The position numbers and the translations under genes were made by a program. From Camelus dromedarius (lineage: Eukaryota), in NCBI RefSeq assembly GCF_036321535.1, contig NC_087437.1, forward strand, positions 43,836,001 to 43,900,000: 64,000 nucleotides of DNA, given 5' to 3'. Numbering within the stretch: position 1 is the stretch's first letter; each line of letters begins with the position of its first letter. The notes beneath the pieces are model-generated. The model was given only the letters and a program-made list of their open reading frames with translations, was not told the DNA's origin and made no database searches. Positions 13,940 through 26,299 of the stretch are shown one piece after another.

Positions 13940-14075
13940 TCAGCCCAACCGATGTCTTTTCCAGGTGAAAAACTGAAGCACAGATTATTTAAGTCCTATG
14001 CCCAGGGCAAATTCAATGTTTAATGGCTGAGCCAGGAATAAAATTAGTCCAATTATTCTTCCTTCATCTCTAGTG
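13940..14075 (-). mobile_element. MIR fragment
   Basis: 'aggtgaaaaactgaagcacaga...tgcccagggc...aatggctgagccagga'. Confidence 0.6.
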
Positions 14076-14256
14076 CTGACTTTGACCTAACAGTTGGGTT
14101 TCAAAACCACTGCTAGAGACTTTAGGGACTTTTTCTTGATATATTGTTTTTAAGGTAATAGGGAATATTCTGAAAAGTCTGGCTTATTATGTAGAAACAT
14201 TCTGAAGAGAATGAAACATAGTTATAACACAGTCTTTTTATCTGGATGAGGGTAGG

Positions 14257-14649
14257 TGTTATAGGCTGAATTGTGTTTCTTCCAAAAATCATGTTGAAGT
14301 CCTAACTGCCAGTATCTCAGAACATAACCTTATTTGTAGATAGGATCTTTACAGATGTAATTAGATTAAAATGAGTTCATGAAGGTGGGTCTGTAACCAG
14401 TATCACTGGTATCCTTATAAAAAAAGGAAATTTTGACATGGACATGGACAGAAGGAAGACAGCCATCAAAAGTCAAGTTTCGAAGAAGCCTTGAATGGAT
14501 TCTCCCACGCAGCTCTCAGAAGGAACCAACCCTGCTGGTTCTTTCTTGATCTTAGACTTCTAGCTGCCAAAACTGTGAGGAAATAAATTTCTGTTGTTTA
14601 AGCCATTCAGTCTGTGGTTCTTTGTTTTGGCAGCCGTGGAGAACAATGA
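14257..14649 (+). mobile_element. MLT1B-like MaLR solo LTR
   Basis: Starts 'tgttataggctgaattgtgtt', contains 'gaaggaaccaaccctgct', and ends 'aataaatttctgttgtttaagcca...tggcagcc'. Confidence 0.9.
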
Positions 14650-14783
14650 GTTTTATTTACTTGTATCTAGGGATGTGGGAACAAGTACATTCTGAAAGTC
14701 CTAATATGTAAAAAAAAAAAAAATCATGTAATTGAACCAATTGCATATACAACAGAAGAGGGATCCTAGTTCTTCTGTATCTT

Positions 14784-16480
14784 TTCATTCATTCATTCAT
14801 TCATTCACTCACTCACTTATTTCCTTAGCCAACATTTATACTTACTATGTTTTGAGCATTTTGTTAGGATCTGTGGGCACAAAAATTTATTTGGTATAGT
14901 CTATGCCCTTGAAGAGATTCTAATGGTAGAGGTGAACACCTAAACAAACCATTATATTTATATAAAATATGTGTGTGTATATGTGTGTGTGTGTATATAT
15001 ATGTATTTTCTTGTTTGCCCCACTCTTATTCACTGCCGCAGACATGTGTAAGGGTAAAAAAAAATTACCTGTAATTATTTTCAACAAATGCCTTTGGGAA
15101 AAAGTCTTTCCCCACTAGATGATTTAGGTTGAATACAGATAAGCTTGAAGTGGGTCTATTAGGAACCACCAAATAGGTCAAATTGTGACTTTTTCTGGGA
15201 ATGAGATTTTGAAGATTCTCCAGCCCCATTCTTTTTTTGGAGGTGCCTGGTCTGCTGGTATTCACCACAAATGTTGGCTATTAGTTTTCGACCAGTGGGA
15301 GAAAAGACTATGGCGAATTCAAATCCCATGATCACTAATTTTACTGACATCAGTTATTTTTCTTGAATAAACGTTCCCTAGAATGCTGCAAGTGTTTTGT
15401 TAATTTCTAGAGTTCTGAAAAGGAGTTGCTTCTAACAATTTTTGCTGGTTCTGTTTTTGGTTTTATGTAGGAGAGAATTTTTGGAGTTTCACTTCAATTG
15501 TCACAGATGCCACTCCAGTTCATGTACCTAATGTAACATGTATTTGTAATCTTTTAATGTAGCATGTTTCCTAATTTGCCTTGTTATTCCTCCATTGACC
15601 ATGGGAAGTTTAGAAGTGTGCATATTTCATGATTCTAGATATCTTTTTGATAATGATTTTTGATTGACTTTAATCATGTTCAGATAATATATTTGACTTC
15701 AGTATGTACGTTTCATTAACTATTGTTTTAAAAGTTCTATGATAGAAATATGGACAGAGTGTCCTAGATTGGAGAGGAAACAATTAACCTCATATAGGAT
15801 AGACAGCTATGTTTTTTTTTTCTGGCTTTTTTTTTTTTTTTTTTTTTTGAAGCCTTTGATTATACCTTGAAGGGAGGGTAGCTTCTATACCAGATGGAAA
15901 AAGTGTCAGAGCTTTTCACAGAGAGGGTGTGGTGTATGCTAAAAGTTAAGGGAATAAAGAAACAGGCTGACATCAACCTTGACGAGATGTCTCTGCAGGT
16001 GATTTAAAGAGCCTATGGGAGGTATTATGGGTTACTGGAGATGAGAATGGAAAGAACACCAAGATTTAATTACCAGAAACTTTTCATTTTAAGGTGAAAA
16101 TGTGAGTTTACTTGGATGTAGTAGGAAGATGCTGATAGGTTTTAAGCAGTAGTAAGGAATGATCAGATTTACTTTTTAGAAAACTAATTCTGATGTCTTA
16201 TTCAGGGAAAACTAGAATGGAAGCAGTTAAAGGTAGGGAGAGCTATGAGTTCAGGCTCAGAGTGATGAGGGCCTTTAACAAGGTAATGGCCATGGGGAAA
16301 AGGAAGGCTGTTTATGAGGTTTATTTGATTGGATATCCTTATTTAATAGATGTTTTAGGTGAAGGAAAGGAAAGTTTAGTCAACTTTTTGGATTAGGGAC
16401 TAGATAAATTATAATGCTTCTAATCACAATAGTCAATATAGAGAAAGAAACAGGTTTAGCTGGGAAAAATATTTTGTTCA
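14784..16480 (-). mobile_element. L2 with (TTCA)n tail, split by L1 pieces at about 15020-15700
   Basis: (TTCA)n plus 'aacatttata...ctatgttttgagca' at the left. Resumes at about 15740 with 'ggttttaagcag...atgatcagatttactttt'. Confidence 0.7.
15020..15517 (-). mobile_element. L1M 5'-UTR fragment
   Basis: Reverse complement reads 'ggagtggcatc...ttttcagaactctagaaattaacaaaacacttgcagcattctagggaacgtttattcaagaaaa', like old L1M 5' ends. Confidence 0.7.
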
Positions 16481-17279
16481 GATCTCAGATGGAGATTTAC
16501 TTTTTACAAATTCATGTTCAGTTCAGTGGCAGCTTGCCCAAGTCAGCAATACGTTATTAGACCCCAAAGACCACTGTTAAACCATCTGAAAGTGAATCTA
16601 ATGGTGTAACTAATTTAATGAGAGATTCTTATTCATTAGCCAAAATGCCTTACTGGAGAGAGACCTTTTTTTTTTTTCTTTAAAATAACAGCAACACAGA
16701 GAAAATCTTGTTAATTTACTGAACATATAAAAATCCTGGAATCTATCTGTAAATTCAGAGCTATTTGGAATAACTGAAAGATTGATCAGAATATATATGG
16801 AGTCACTTAAGGAAAACTAGTTTAAAAAATAGCCTTAGTGAATTCATATGAGGGAGCGATTCTTGAGAAGGGTTCTTCCTCCTTTGGGAATGGTTGGCAT
16901 GACCATTTGTTAGATGGTTTATACACTATTTCAATTCAGTTCAACAAATATTTGTTGAGCATCATTTATATACAAGGTAGTGTAAGTAACATGTTGCCCT
17001 GTCCAAAACATTTTTATATCCTCTGATTTCTCCTTTGAGTATTCTGGCAGACTACTTTGGTTTCTGAGATACTACTAGAACATGAGATACAAAGGCTGTC
17101 AGAAGACACATATCACACAGGTTATATTTGGCATGTTGACAAGGAAGGGCAGCATAAATGGACTGATGGAGGGCTTACTAAGTGATTACACAAGAGTCTT
17201 TCAGAGAATTGGGGATTAGGGATTCCAGCTGTCTATCTTTTTCTGCTGCAGTTAAGATTTTTAATACTTACTAGGAAAC

Positions 17280-17565
17280 AAGTTGGTGTGATAGCAAAAA
17301 CAAACAGCTGGGACTCAAGAGATGCTACCTCCAATTTAGTACTAGTGAATTGTGATTCCGTTTCAATGTAAGTGTTTCCTCATCCGTTAAATGAAATGAC
17401 TGAACTAGATCAGTGGTTCTTAGGCACTTATAGGCATAACTTTGCATATAATATCAAGAAGTTCATGTAATCACTGAAATGCAACAATGACCTACAGACT
17501 TGTGGACACTGAACTACAATACATGGTCTCTTAGAGCCTTTCTAGCTCTAACATTTTCTGATTGT
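17280..17565 (+). mobile_element. MIR/MIR3 with an internal insertion
   Basis: 'gtttcctcatccgttaaatg...tgaactagat' and, after about 110 bp, 'atggtctcttagagcctttctagctctaacattttctgatt'. Confidence 0.55.
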
Positions 17566-18582
17566 ATGAAGCTTGTGTTCTTGAACTCCAGTGATGCTTT
17601 CTTTTGGTTCAGCAACTGCTCTAGATGGGGCATCTCTGGCTCTTCTAGGATGACTAATTAAGAATCAGCAGGCCAGCTATGTTGATTTATTCCATAACCT
17701 CATAAGGCATCCCTCAGTATTTCCCAGTTCAGGATATGCACATACTGTCTCCATTGCCCTGAAATTTTCACATTTTATGGTCTATGAGAACCATAGACAC
17801 TCTTGGAGCACTGACTATTCCAAGGAGAAAATGTAACTTCCATTAGCACTTTGGCTGTCTCTGTGTTGACGTTCGATGTTGAGTGTGTATTTGACTCATG
17901 TGTTGGCTATTTGCATGATCATAAACTTTCAGGATTCATTTTTCCTTTGCCTAGATTGTAAGGCAGAATTCCCTAATGTAGAATTGGATAAATGAAAGGA
18001 TTATTTGGCCATTTATATATTTATGCTGAGATCTGTTCAATACTCAGGGTTGGAATTATCAATCTTTTAAGTATCCTCAGTTAAAACAGTGTTCAAGTCT
18101 AGTTTCTATCTCAGTTTATTGCTGTCTTTAGCCTTGATGAGGTCACTTACAGTTCTATTATTCTGATGGATGCTGTAATAATAGAATAATTAAACAACCC
18201 AGAATTCACATTGTGTTAGAACACTTCCATACTATTCCTCTCTATGTCAACCTCCACAACTACTGTGGAACTCCTCAAGGGCTATAATACTACCAGAAGT
18301 TAAGCATGAGGCTATTGGCAGTAAGGTCTATACTGGATATGTTCATTAATGCATTAATTAAATTCATCCTAAGTGATCAAAATAACAAAAACCAGCATCC
18401 AGATGAATTTTCTGTTTTAGCCTCATTATTCACTTATTCCATTACTTGCTCATGAAAACAAAAATAAGTTATCTATTTAAACTAATTATTTTAAAAACTG
18501 TACCATTAGGTTCTTATCTATAATCTTTTATTAACATTTGCTTATCAATTATTTTGCCAAAATTTTTTAATGTTCTGAAAGT

Positions 18583-18780
18583 ACAGTGGTCTTCCTTTAT
18601 CCACAGATTCACTTTCTGCAAATTCAATTGCCCAAGGTCAACCTGGGTCCAAACGTATTATGGAAAATTTTAGAAATACACAATTCTTAAGTTTTAAATT
18701 TTGCACCTTTCTGAGTAGTGCGATGAAATCTCACACCATCCACCTCTGTCCTGCCAGGGATATGAATCATCCCTTTGTCC
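18583..18780 (+). mobile_element. MER44-like (Tigger7) DNA transposon, left part
   Basis: TA followed by 'cagtggtcttcctttatccac...ttctgagtagtgcgatgaaatctcacacc...tgaatcatccctttgtcc'. Confidence 0.85.
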
Positions 18781-19059
18781 AATAATATTTTTAAATGAAT
18801 AAATGATAGTTCCATTCCTTATTGATAGTTTGTAATAATTTTGAAAATTAGAGGACTTAGACTAAAATATGGGATAATATATTTAACTCAAACATTTTTC
18901 AATGCTAGAGTCTTTAATATCAAGACCTGAAAGATGAACCTGACAAAGAGTATCTTTGGAATGAAAATAAACACTTTCAAACTAAACATATTAAATGATT
19001 CTAGTGTAAATCAGTGAATCCTAACATTTTAGAAGCCTTATTTCTTGTCTTTCTTGTTT

Positions 19060-21620
19060 GACAACTTTATTGGGATATGATTGGCATACAATAAAATGCA
19101 TATAATTAAAGTGTACAGTGTGTGAAGTTTTGACATATGCCTATGCTCATGAAACCATCACCAAAATATAGTGAACATACCTATTATGCCCCCAAATTTC
19201 CTCATGCCTCTTTATGATCCGTCTCTCCTCTCTAGGCCCTGCCTCTAGTCCCAGGCAAACATTGATTTGTCATTATATATTTTCATTTTTATAATTTTAT
19301 GTAAATAGATCATATAATATGTACTAATTTTTTTGCTTCTTTAAAAATCATTTTGAGTTTCATCATGTTGTATTAATAGCTCATTTCCTTTTTTGTTGAG
19401 TAACATCCCATGTGTATGTATGCTACAATTTCTCTATTTCTCTGTAGATAAACATTTAGGAGTTTTTAAAGTTTTTGGCTCTTACAAATAAAGTGGTCAC
19501 CAGCATTTACATACAAGACTGTATATGGACCCATGCTTTTATTTCTCTTGGGGAAATATCTAGCATTGGAGTGGCTGCATTGTATGATGTTTAACACTTT
19601 AAGAAACTGCCAAACTGTTTCCCAGAGTGATAGTATCATCATTTACACTCCATCAGCAGTGTATGAGATTTCCAGGTTTACAACATTCTTGCTGACACTC
19701 TCTGTGGTCAGGCTTTTTAATTTTAGACATTCTAATAGGGGTATAGTGGTGTATCTTTGTGGTTTTAATGTATATTTCTCTAAATGGCTAATTATGTTGA
19801 GCATCTTTTTATTTGCTTATTGCTGTTCATATATATTCTTTGATGATATGTTTGTTCAAATCTTTTGCCAAATTTTCAGTTGGGTTTTTGTTGAGTTTTG
19901 AGAGTTCTATTATTGAGATTCAAGGGTTCTTTATACATTCTAGATATAAATTCTTTATCAAACATGTGATTTGCAAATACATTTTCCTAATCCATGGCAT
20001 GTCTTTTCATTCTCTTTAACAGTGTCTTTTGAACAGAAGTTTTCAATTTGATGACATCCAATTTGTCATTTTGCTCTTTTACGAATTATGCTTTTTTGAT
20101 ATCATACTAAGAAATCTGTCTACACAAAGCTCACAAAGGTTTTCTTTTGTATATTATTCTAAAAGTTTTAAGTTTTAAAAATTTAGGTCTGTGATCCATT
20201 TTGAGTAATTGTATGTATGGATTAAGGTATAGATAAACTTTCTTTTTCTTTTGTTTGTTCACATATTGATTTTCAATTTTTATTGCATCACCTGTTGAAA
20301 AGATTATCCTTTCTCCACCGAATTGCCTTTTTCTCCTTTGTAAAAAAAATCAGTCATCCATACATGTCTCTTTTTGGAATGTCTGTTTTGTTCCATTGAT
20401 CTATTTGCATCTGAGCCACCACTACTCTTTCTTAATTACTAGCTTTATAAGTCTTTGAATCAAGTAGAGTTAGCCCTACGAACAACCACAGGTATTTTGG
20501 TTATTCTAGGTTCTCTGCATTTTTGCTTGGGTTTTAGGATCAGCTTTCAAATTTCTACAAAAATCCTGCTGGGATTTTGTTTGGGATATTTTAGATAAAT
20601 AATTAAACAATATTGCATTCTCTGACCTGTGAACAAGGTATGCTTCTCTACTTACATATATCTTATTTAATTTCTCTTAGCAGTGTTTCATAGTTTTTAT
20701 TTCACAAGTCTTGCACATGTTTATGGGATTTATTCCTAAATACTTCATATTTTTATGTATTTTTAAATGGCATTTTTCCTAAATTTGAATTTTTCATAAT
20801 TCATTGCTATGCAGAAATACAATTAATTTTTATGTATTGTATCTTTAAACTTTGTAAACTCATTTATTTCCAGTAGTTTTTTTTTTTTGTAGATTCCATT
20901 GGGTTATCTATATAGGTGATAACATCCTTTAAGATAACTTACAAAGGCAGTTTTAGTTCTTCCTTCCCAATATGAATGCTTGTTATTATTTTAACATCCT
21001 CTCCCCCAACACACACATTCTTGCTACTCTAGCAAGAATGTACTACTCTAGCAAGAATGTACCATAATGTATATAAATTGTGAGACCAGAAATCTGTACT
21101 GTTGTTCCTGATCTTAGGAGGAAAATATTCATTCCTTCACCATTAAGTAATAATGTCAAATGGAGGCTTTCTGGTAATATTAGGGTAAGAAGTTCCCGTC
21201 TATTCCTGGTGTGCTAAGAATTTTTTATAATGATTGGACAAGGGATTTTGTCAAGTGATTTTTCTGAAATCATTGAAATGATCATGTTTTTTCTTTTTCA
21301 GTCTGCTAATATGGTGAATTATATTAAGTACTCTTTGAATGTTAAACCAACCTTGCATCCTTGTGATAAATGAATAAATCTTACTTGATCATTCTATACT
21401 GTTAGACTCTATTGGCCAAAATTTCATTTTATTTTATTTTTGCATTTATTTAAATGAGGTGTATTGGCATCAAGTATCTTTTTTTTTTCACTATAATGGT
21501 AGTAAATTTATTTTTTCTGATTATTTCGAAGAATCAGTGTTTTATTTCACTGTATTCTATTATTTTTGTTTCACTGATTTCTACTTTTTTTTATTCTTTC
21601 ATTTCTTTTACCTAATTTAA
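19060..21620 (-). mobile_element. Old L1 (L1MC/L1MD-like) 3' end plus decayed ORF2
   Basis: 'acaactttattgggatatgattggcatacaataaaatgcatataattaaagtgtacag' followed by antisense ORF2 motifs. Similar to the 4025 copy. Confidence 0.9.
21024..21061. repeat. Perfect 19-bp tandem duplication
   Basis: ctactctagcaagaatgta x2. Confidence 0.95.
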
Positions 21621-21622
21621 TT

Positions 21623-21756
21623 AAAAATTTTTTTTGTTTTTTTGTTTTGGAGGAGGTAATTAGGCTTATTTATTTTTAGAGGAGGTACTAGGGATTGAAC
21701 CGAGAACCTCATGCATGCTAAGCATGTCCTCTAACACTTGAGCTGTACCCTCCCCC
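21623..21756 (-). mobile_element. tRNA-derived SINE (camelid Vic-1-like) with A-rich tail and TSD
   Basis: Reverse complement 'gggggagggtacagctcaagtgttagagg...ggttcaatccctagtacctcc...aataaataagcctaattacctcc' has Pol III A and B boxes. TSD tacctaatttaatt (21609-21622) / tacttaatttagtt (21757-21770). Confidence 0.9.
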
Positions 21757-21904
21757 TACTTAATTTAGTTTTGATTTTATTTTTTGTTTGTTTTTAAAGG
21801 ACTTACTACATTTTTGAATTAAAAATTACACTTATAAAACAGATATTTGCTGATCATACTGAGTTTTTATTGTTTTCATTTTTGTTTAGTTTTCTATTTT
21901 ATAG

Positions 21905-21963
21905 GTTAAGAAGAAAATTAGAGAAGCTAAAGGGAAAGTTACTCATTGCTTCTCTGGAGCAAG
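21905..21963 (+). CDS. Candidate 59-nt exon of the same gene (or start of a terminal exon with TAA at 21907-21909)
   Basis: Long T-rich tract ending 'tttctattttatag|', purine-rich exon body and donor 'AAG|GTAGAA'. Frame 0 reads VKKKIREAKGKVTHCFSGA(R), a second frame reads LRRKLEKLKGKLLIASLEQ, and the third stops at once. Confidence 0.6.
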
Positions 21964-24900
21964 GTAGAAGACTTTAATACATGTTTAAGATCAATGTTTT
22001 CCCTTCCATCCCTCACCCATGCCTACCTCAAAGCCTTTATCTGTTAATTGAAATGCATTGTCTGATTTGTAAAGCATACATGCTCTTAATTTCAAGTTTA
22101 CCATGCTTAAAGGTCTAAATTAATATTTATTGTTTTGTTATAAAATATAATAGTTTTAACTGATGCTAAATTTACATTGTAATAATTCTTTAAAAATTTT
22201 TTTAACTGCTCAAAAATTTTCCTGCTCTCCTGATTACCTGAAGTACTTCTACTTCTTGAGTGGCATCATATTTACTTAATAAATATATTGTGATAGCCTA
22301 TTAAAAGCTGATACAGTATTTTTGATACATACTATTTCTGGTTATTAAATTACCCCACCTCTTTTTTCTTAACTATAGTTTTCATTAGGCAGTCATTTTT
22401 ATGATTATTAGTTATTGGCCAGTATATTAGGTTTTACTATTTTGAATGGGGGAGTCTGTTAATTGGAGAAATAATATTTTAAAAATAATAATTTTTCCAA
22501 CTTCTCAATGACATGTTATACTTTTCTAAGTGTTGTGTTTTTGAGGCAAGCATAACAGGCTTGATATGAATAAAAGATGATGTTGGCAATTTTCATATGT
22601 TCAGAAAATACTGACAGTGCAAGAATGGTGGGATGGTCAATTCAGAAACAAGAGAAATAGGAAGGAGCTATTTGACTAAGCTTAGTCAGTCAGACTTTCA
22701 AAGCTGAAGATAAATGTTGTAGGGCAGCAAGGATGTATAGGACATGAGGCCAGTGTCTCCTACACCTAGGTAGCATGCCTCAGTAACAGTACCAAAAATG
22801 TCTGCTGCATTTCTGCATTTACAGAAGGATTTTCCAGATGCTACAAGTAGTTCTTGATATCTATTTTTCTTAAGAAAACCTAATCATAACTTTAAATTTT
22901 TATATTTCCCATTTTATTATCTTAGTCAATGATAAAAACAAAACCAAAAAAAGTTACCAAAATCAACATTTATCTTAAGGGATAGGTAATATTTATTTTG
23001 GGTGATTTGACTCATTCATCTTATTGATTAAAAAATGTAATTGTCCAAACTCTATTTTTCCTGACAATATTTATGGTCTTTCAAAAACACCTGTTTTGAA
23101 TATTAATTTAATAATTTGGCTACTTAAAACTAAAATGACTGGCTGATTTTGGTACTTATTTACTTAATACTAGAAATACTATTTTAAAAGAATACAATTT
23201 TGAACAAATGAAACTATATGGAAGTGGTAAACATTTTATTGGATTGTCTTATATTGTAAGAATAACAAAATAAATTTCCTTTAAAAATTTCATAATTTTG
23301 CACAAATGAAAACTTTTCCAAGTATTGACTGAGAATTTCCCTTTTATTAGTAGAATATAATGAATTCCTCTTACAGTAGCTCTTCTAATAAAATATATAT
23401 CATCCATGTTTCCTAGAAGTTATTGCTAAGATGAGTCATTGTATACTGTCTTTCGATTTTCAATATTTTCTTTGGAAGAGTCAAATATAATTTTTAGAAT
23501 AAAAATAGTGAAGCTTGACAATATTTCTCAAAAGTAGGAAATTTTAATGGCAGGTTTCTCTGTAGCTTCTGCACTAAATGCTGCTACCATAATGCATAGC
23601 AAATCTGGGCCATTACTCCTTTTCTGTATTACCAGCTTTTATAGAAGACCAAACCAAACTATTCCACTTTTTTCCTTGAAATGGGGCTTGTGTGGTAGGA
23701 CATTGGAGAGCTGCTTCTATCTTTGGAGCATTGCCTTTATGTATTTGGAGCAGTACAGAAATAAAAGAAAGATATCCTCTCCTCTTTTCCCGCCTCTTCC
23801 TACGTTTTCTTCCCCCACACCAATGGCTGGTAGAAAAAAGGAATATCTTGTCGAGTATATTGGCTTACATCTTATTTGCTATCAATTAGTATTTATAACA
23901 GAAAAACATTTTATTGACACTCTAAAAATTCATTAAGGCACTGTATTATGTTTAAAAACGTTTTTAACATCTGTGTTATTTTGCTTTTATTATTCGTATT
24001 ACAATAATTTTATTTTATTGTAATCATGTTTCTTTAAACTTCAGCATGTGCTGTATATGGTACAGATTAATAAAGAAGATTATAGATGATATTTATCATT
24101 TTTGCCAATCCTCTTTTTAAAAAGTTTAGATTAGAAGGCCCCTCTTTGCCTCAATGTAATTCTTAATTTAATTTCTGCATATTATTCTGGAACTTCAGTT
24201 AAAATGTTGCTTACCCTAAGCTGTTGCTGCAAAAGTACCCAGTGTTTTCAAATCTGAGTTACTATGGTCACTGAAAGGAAGCTCTTTACTAAGCAGCTCT
24301 TTTGTCAATTTACATATTTTGCCAGTGGTTGGACAAAAAAATTAATTAAAAGTCCCATTAATGTCAAGGTTGTATTGTGAGGTAATCATAATGTTCTATG
24401 GTGAAATAGTGTGTAACTCAGTTTTACTAAGGAGAAGAAAATATTTCATCCTACAGTTAGATCCAAGACCCCAAATTCAGATATTCTGTGGGGGAGTAGA
24501 AATTTAATTTCCCTTTCAAATAATATGGGAATGATATCTGGGGATAACCCACTTAAAGAGCTTAGAGTTTAGAAAACTTAATGGTTTTCCTAGCAAATGA
24601 TTGTCCGTAGTTTGGTATTCTAACTTTGGTACTGATATTACCCTAGATGCAATTGGATGCTAATGGTCAAGTCAGGATAAGATAAGGGAAATGGTGACTC
24701 AGAGTGGGCACTTCTTAGTTTTTTCAAACTAGAAGAGATTGGTCTCTAAGTCTCCATTTAAGCACTACATATTTAGACACTGTCCTGTTGTATGGAATAT
24801 TTCCAAACTCAAATTTGTTCTTGGTTTCTGTAGCCTCTATTATAATATTCTTAATTTTTTAAATGAGTTTTCTTTCCTCTTTTACTTAAGATAATGACAA

Positions 24901-25157
24901 CTTACACTTATTTAATGCTTACTATAAGCTGGTTAGTAAGTGGCATGCTGAAAGCAGATTCTAAAGGAATATGAATGTAGGTGATCATCGCTATGCTACC
25001 GGCATTGGGACGGGTCTCAGTGGAGACAAAGAAGGAGGGAGGATGCACCACAAGTAGCAGCCACCTCCCTGAGACTAGCTTTTTATTCACTCTTAGTAGT
25101 ACAGATTTAATTCTGATCTGTGTCACTGGACATCTTTATATGAAGAGTTGTTTTCTA

Positions 25158-25323
25158 GATACAGAGAACAAACTAGTGGTGGGGGAGATGGAAGGGAGGA
25201 GGGGCAATATAGGGGTAGTGGGAAAAAAGGTTATTATGGGATTATATGAAATCATGTGTGTAAAGCTTCTGAAAATTGTAAAACACTATAGAATTTGAAT
25301 ACTCTTGCATTCAATTAAAAAAA
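25158..25323 (+). mobile_element. 5'-truncated, relatively young L1 3' end with TSD
   Basis: 'gatacagagaacaaactagtggt', G-rich tract and A tail. Flanked by aagagttgttttcta / aaaaactgttttcta. Confidence 0.8.
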
Positions 25324-26299
25324 CTGTTTTCTATTTTCATATTTTCTTTAACTCTATCAAACCATTTCATGAAAGCATGAAGTTGTCAAAAGGAAAACCA
25401 GCCCAAACCATTCCCACTAATGAAAATACTTCCAAGTATATAAATTGGTCATAACATCAGCTCTGTATAGAGAAGGCAGCACTTGAAAAAAAAAAACCCT
25501 AAAATATGATGTAGGTCATTACTGTTATCTTAAAGTCTGATTATGCATCTTTAGCTGATAAGTTGTCTCAAATAGAGATCCATTTTGTAACCTAATAATA
25601 CGGGGTGATGGGGGAAATCCTTTTGTAAAAATTCTCCAGTACTATCTCCATAATCTCTACTTCGCTGAGTTTCATCCAAGTGCGAAAGAAAATGAAAAAT
25701 TATAACCTGCCAAGCATCAGTGGCAGAGTGAAATGAAAAAATTGCAAGTTAATAACAATGATGCCTCAAAAAATTTTCCTGGCCAATTTAACATTGCTTC
25801 ATCCAAGGTCACTTCTCAGAGCTGATTATTTTTAGTAATTTGCAGATGAGACCGTTCTACCATTGTCATGGTTAGTGAAGATCAAGAAAATGCTGGAGAA
25901 GGTTTAAGACTCAAGGTTATCTATCTTTCTCAAATAAGTTGCAAATCACAATTCCACTTTATTTTCTTAAGACCTGGCAGAAAATAATTTTCAATGAACA
26001 GAGAATTAAAGCCTGCCTCATCTTCTGTTGGAGATATAGTGTGACATAAAACACTAGCAGTAAGGGTGACAGAGGGATACCATTTACTAGATCCTTAGGT
26101 ACCATTCACTTGGGAAAGAAATCCTCAGGATATTTTCCTAGAATTTTAGTCTGATGCTTAAAGAAAAAAAATTATTGTTGATTGAACTTTGTGTAAACAT
26201 TGATAATTGTGGCCACCTATAGCTCATTTTTAAACTTCTCTAACTTACAAATTACTTAACTCTTGACTAGTTTGAAAATTATGTTGTAAATAGTTCTTT

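Noticed and set aside
21623..21756. tRNA gene (same for 42187-42307)
   Set aside because: The tRNA-like heads carry a shared non-tRNA tail, an A-rich end and a TSD, so they are SINEs.
23547..23936. 129-aa ORF, the longest in the window
   Set aside because: No recognisable domain or splice context. It lies in UTR- or intron-like AT-rich sequence, and this length is expected by chance.
25014..25077. Pre-miRNA-like hairpin (gtctcag...ctgagac)
   Set aside because: Only about 11 bp of interrupted pairing with a large unpaired interior.
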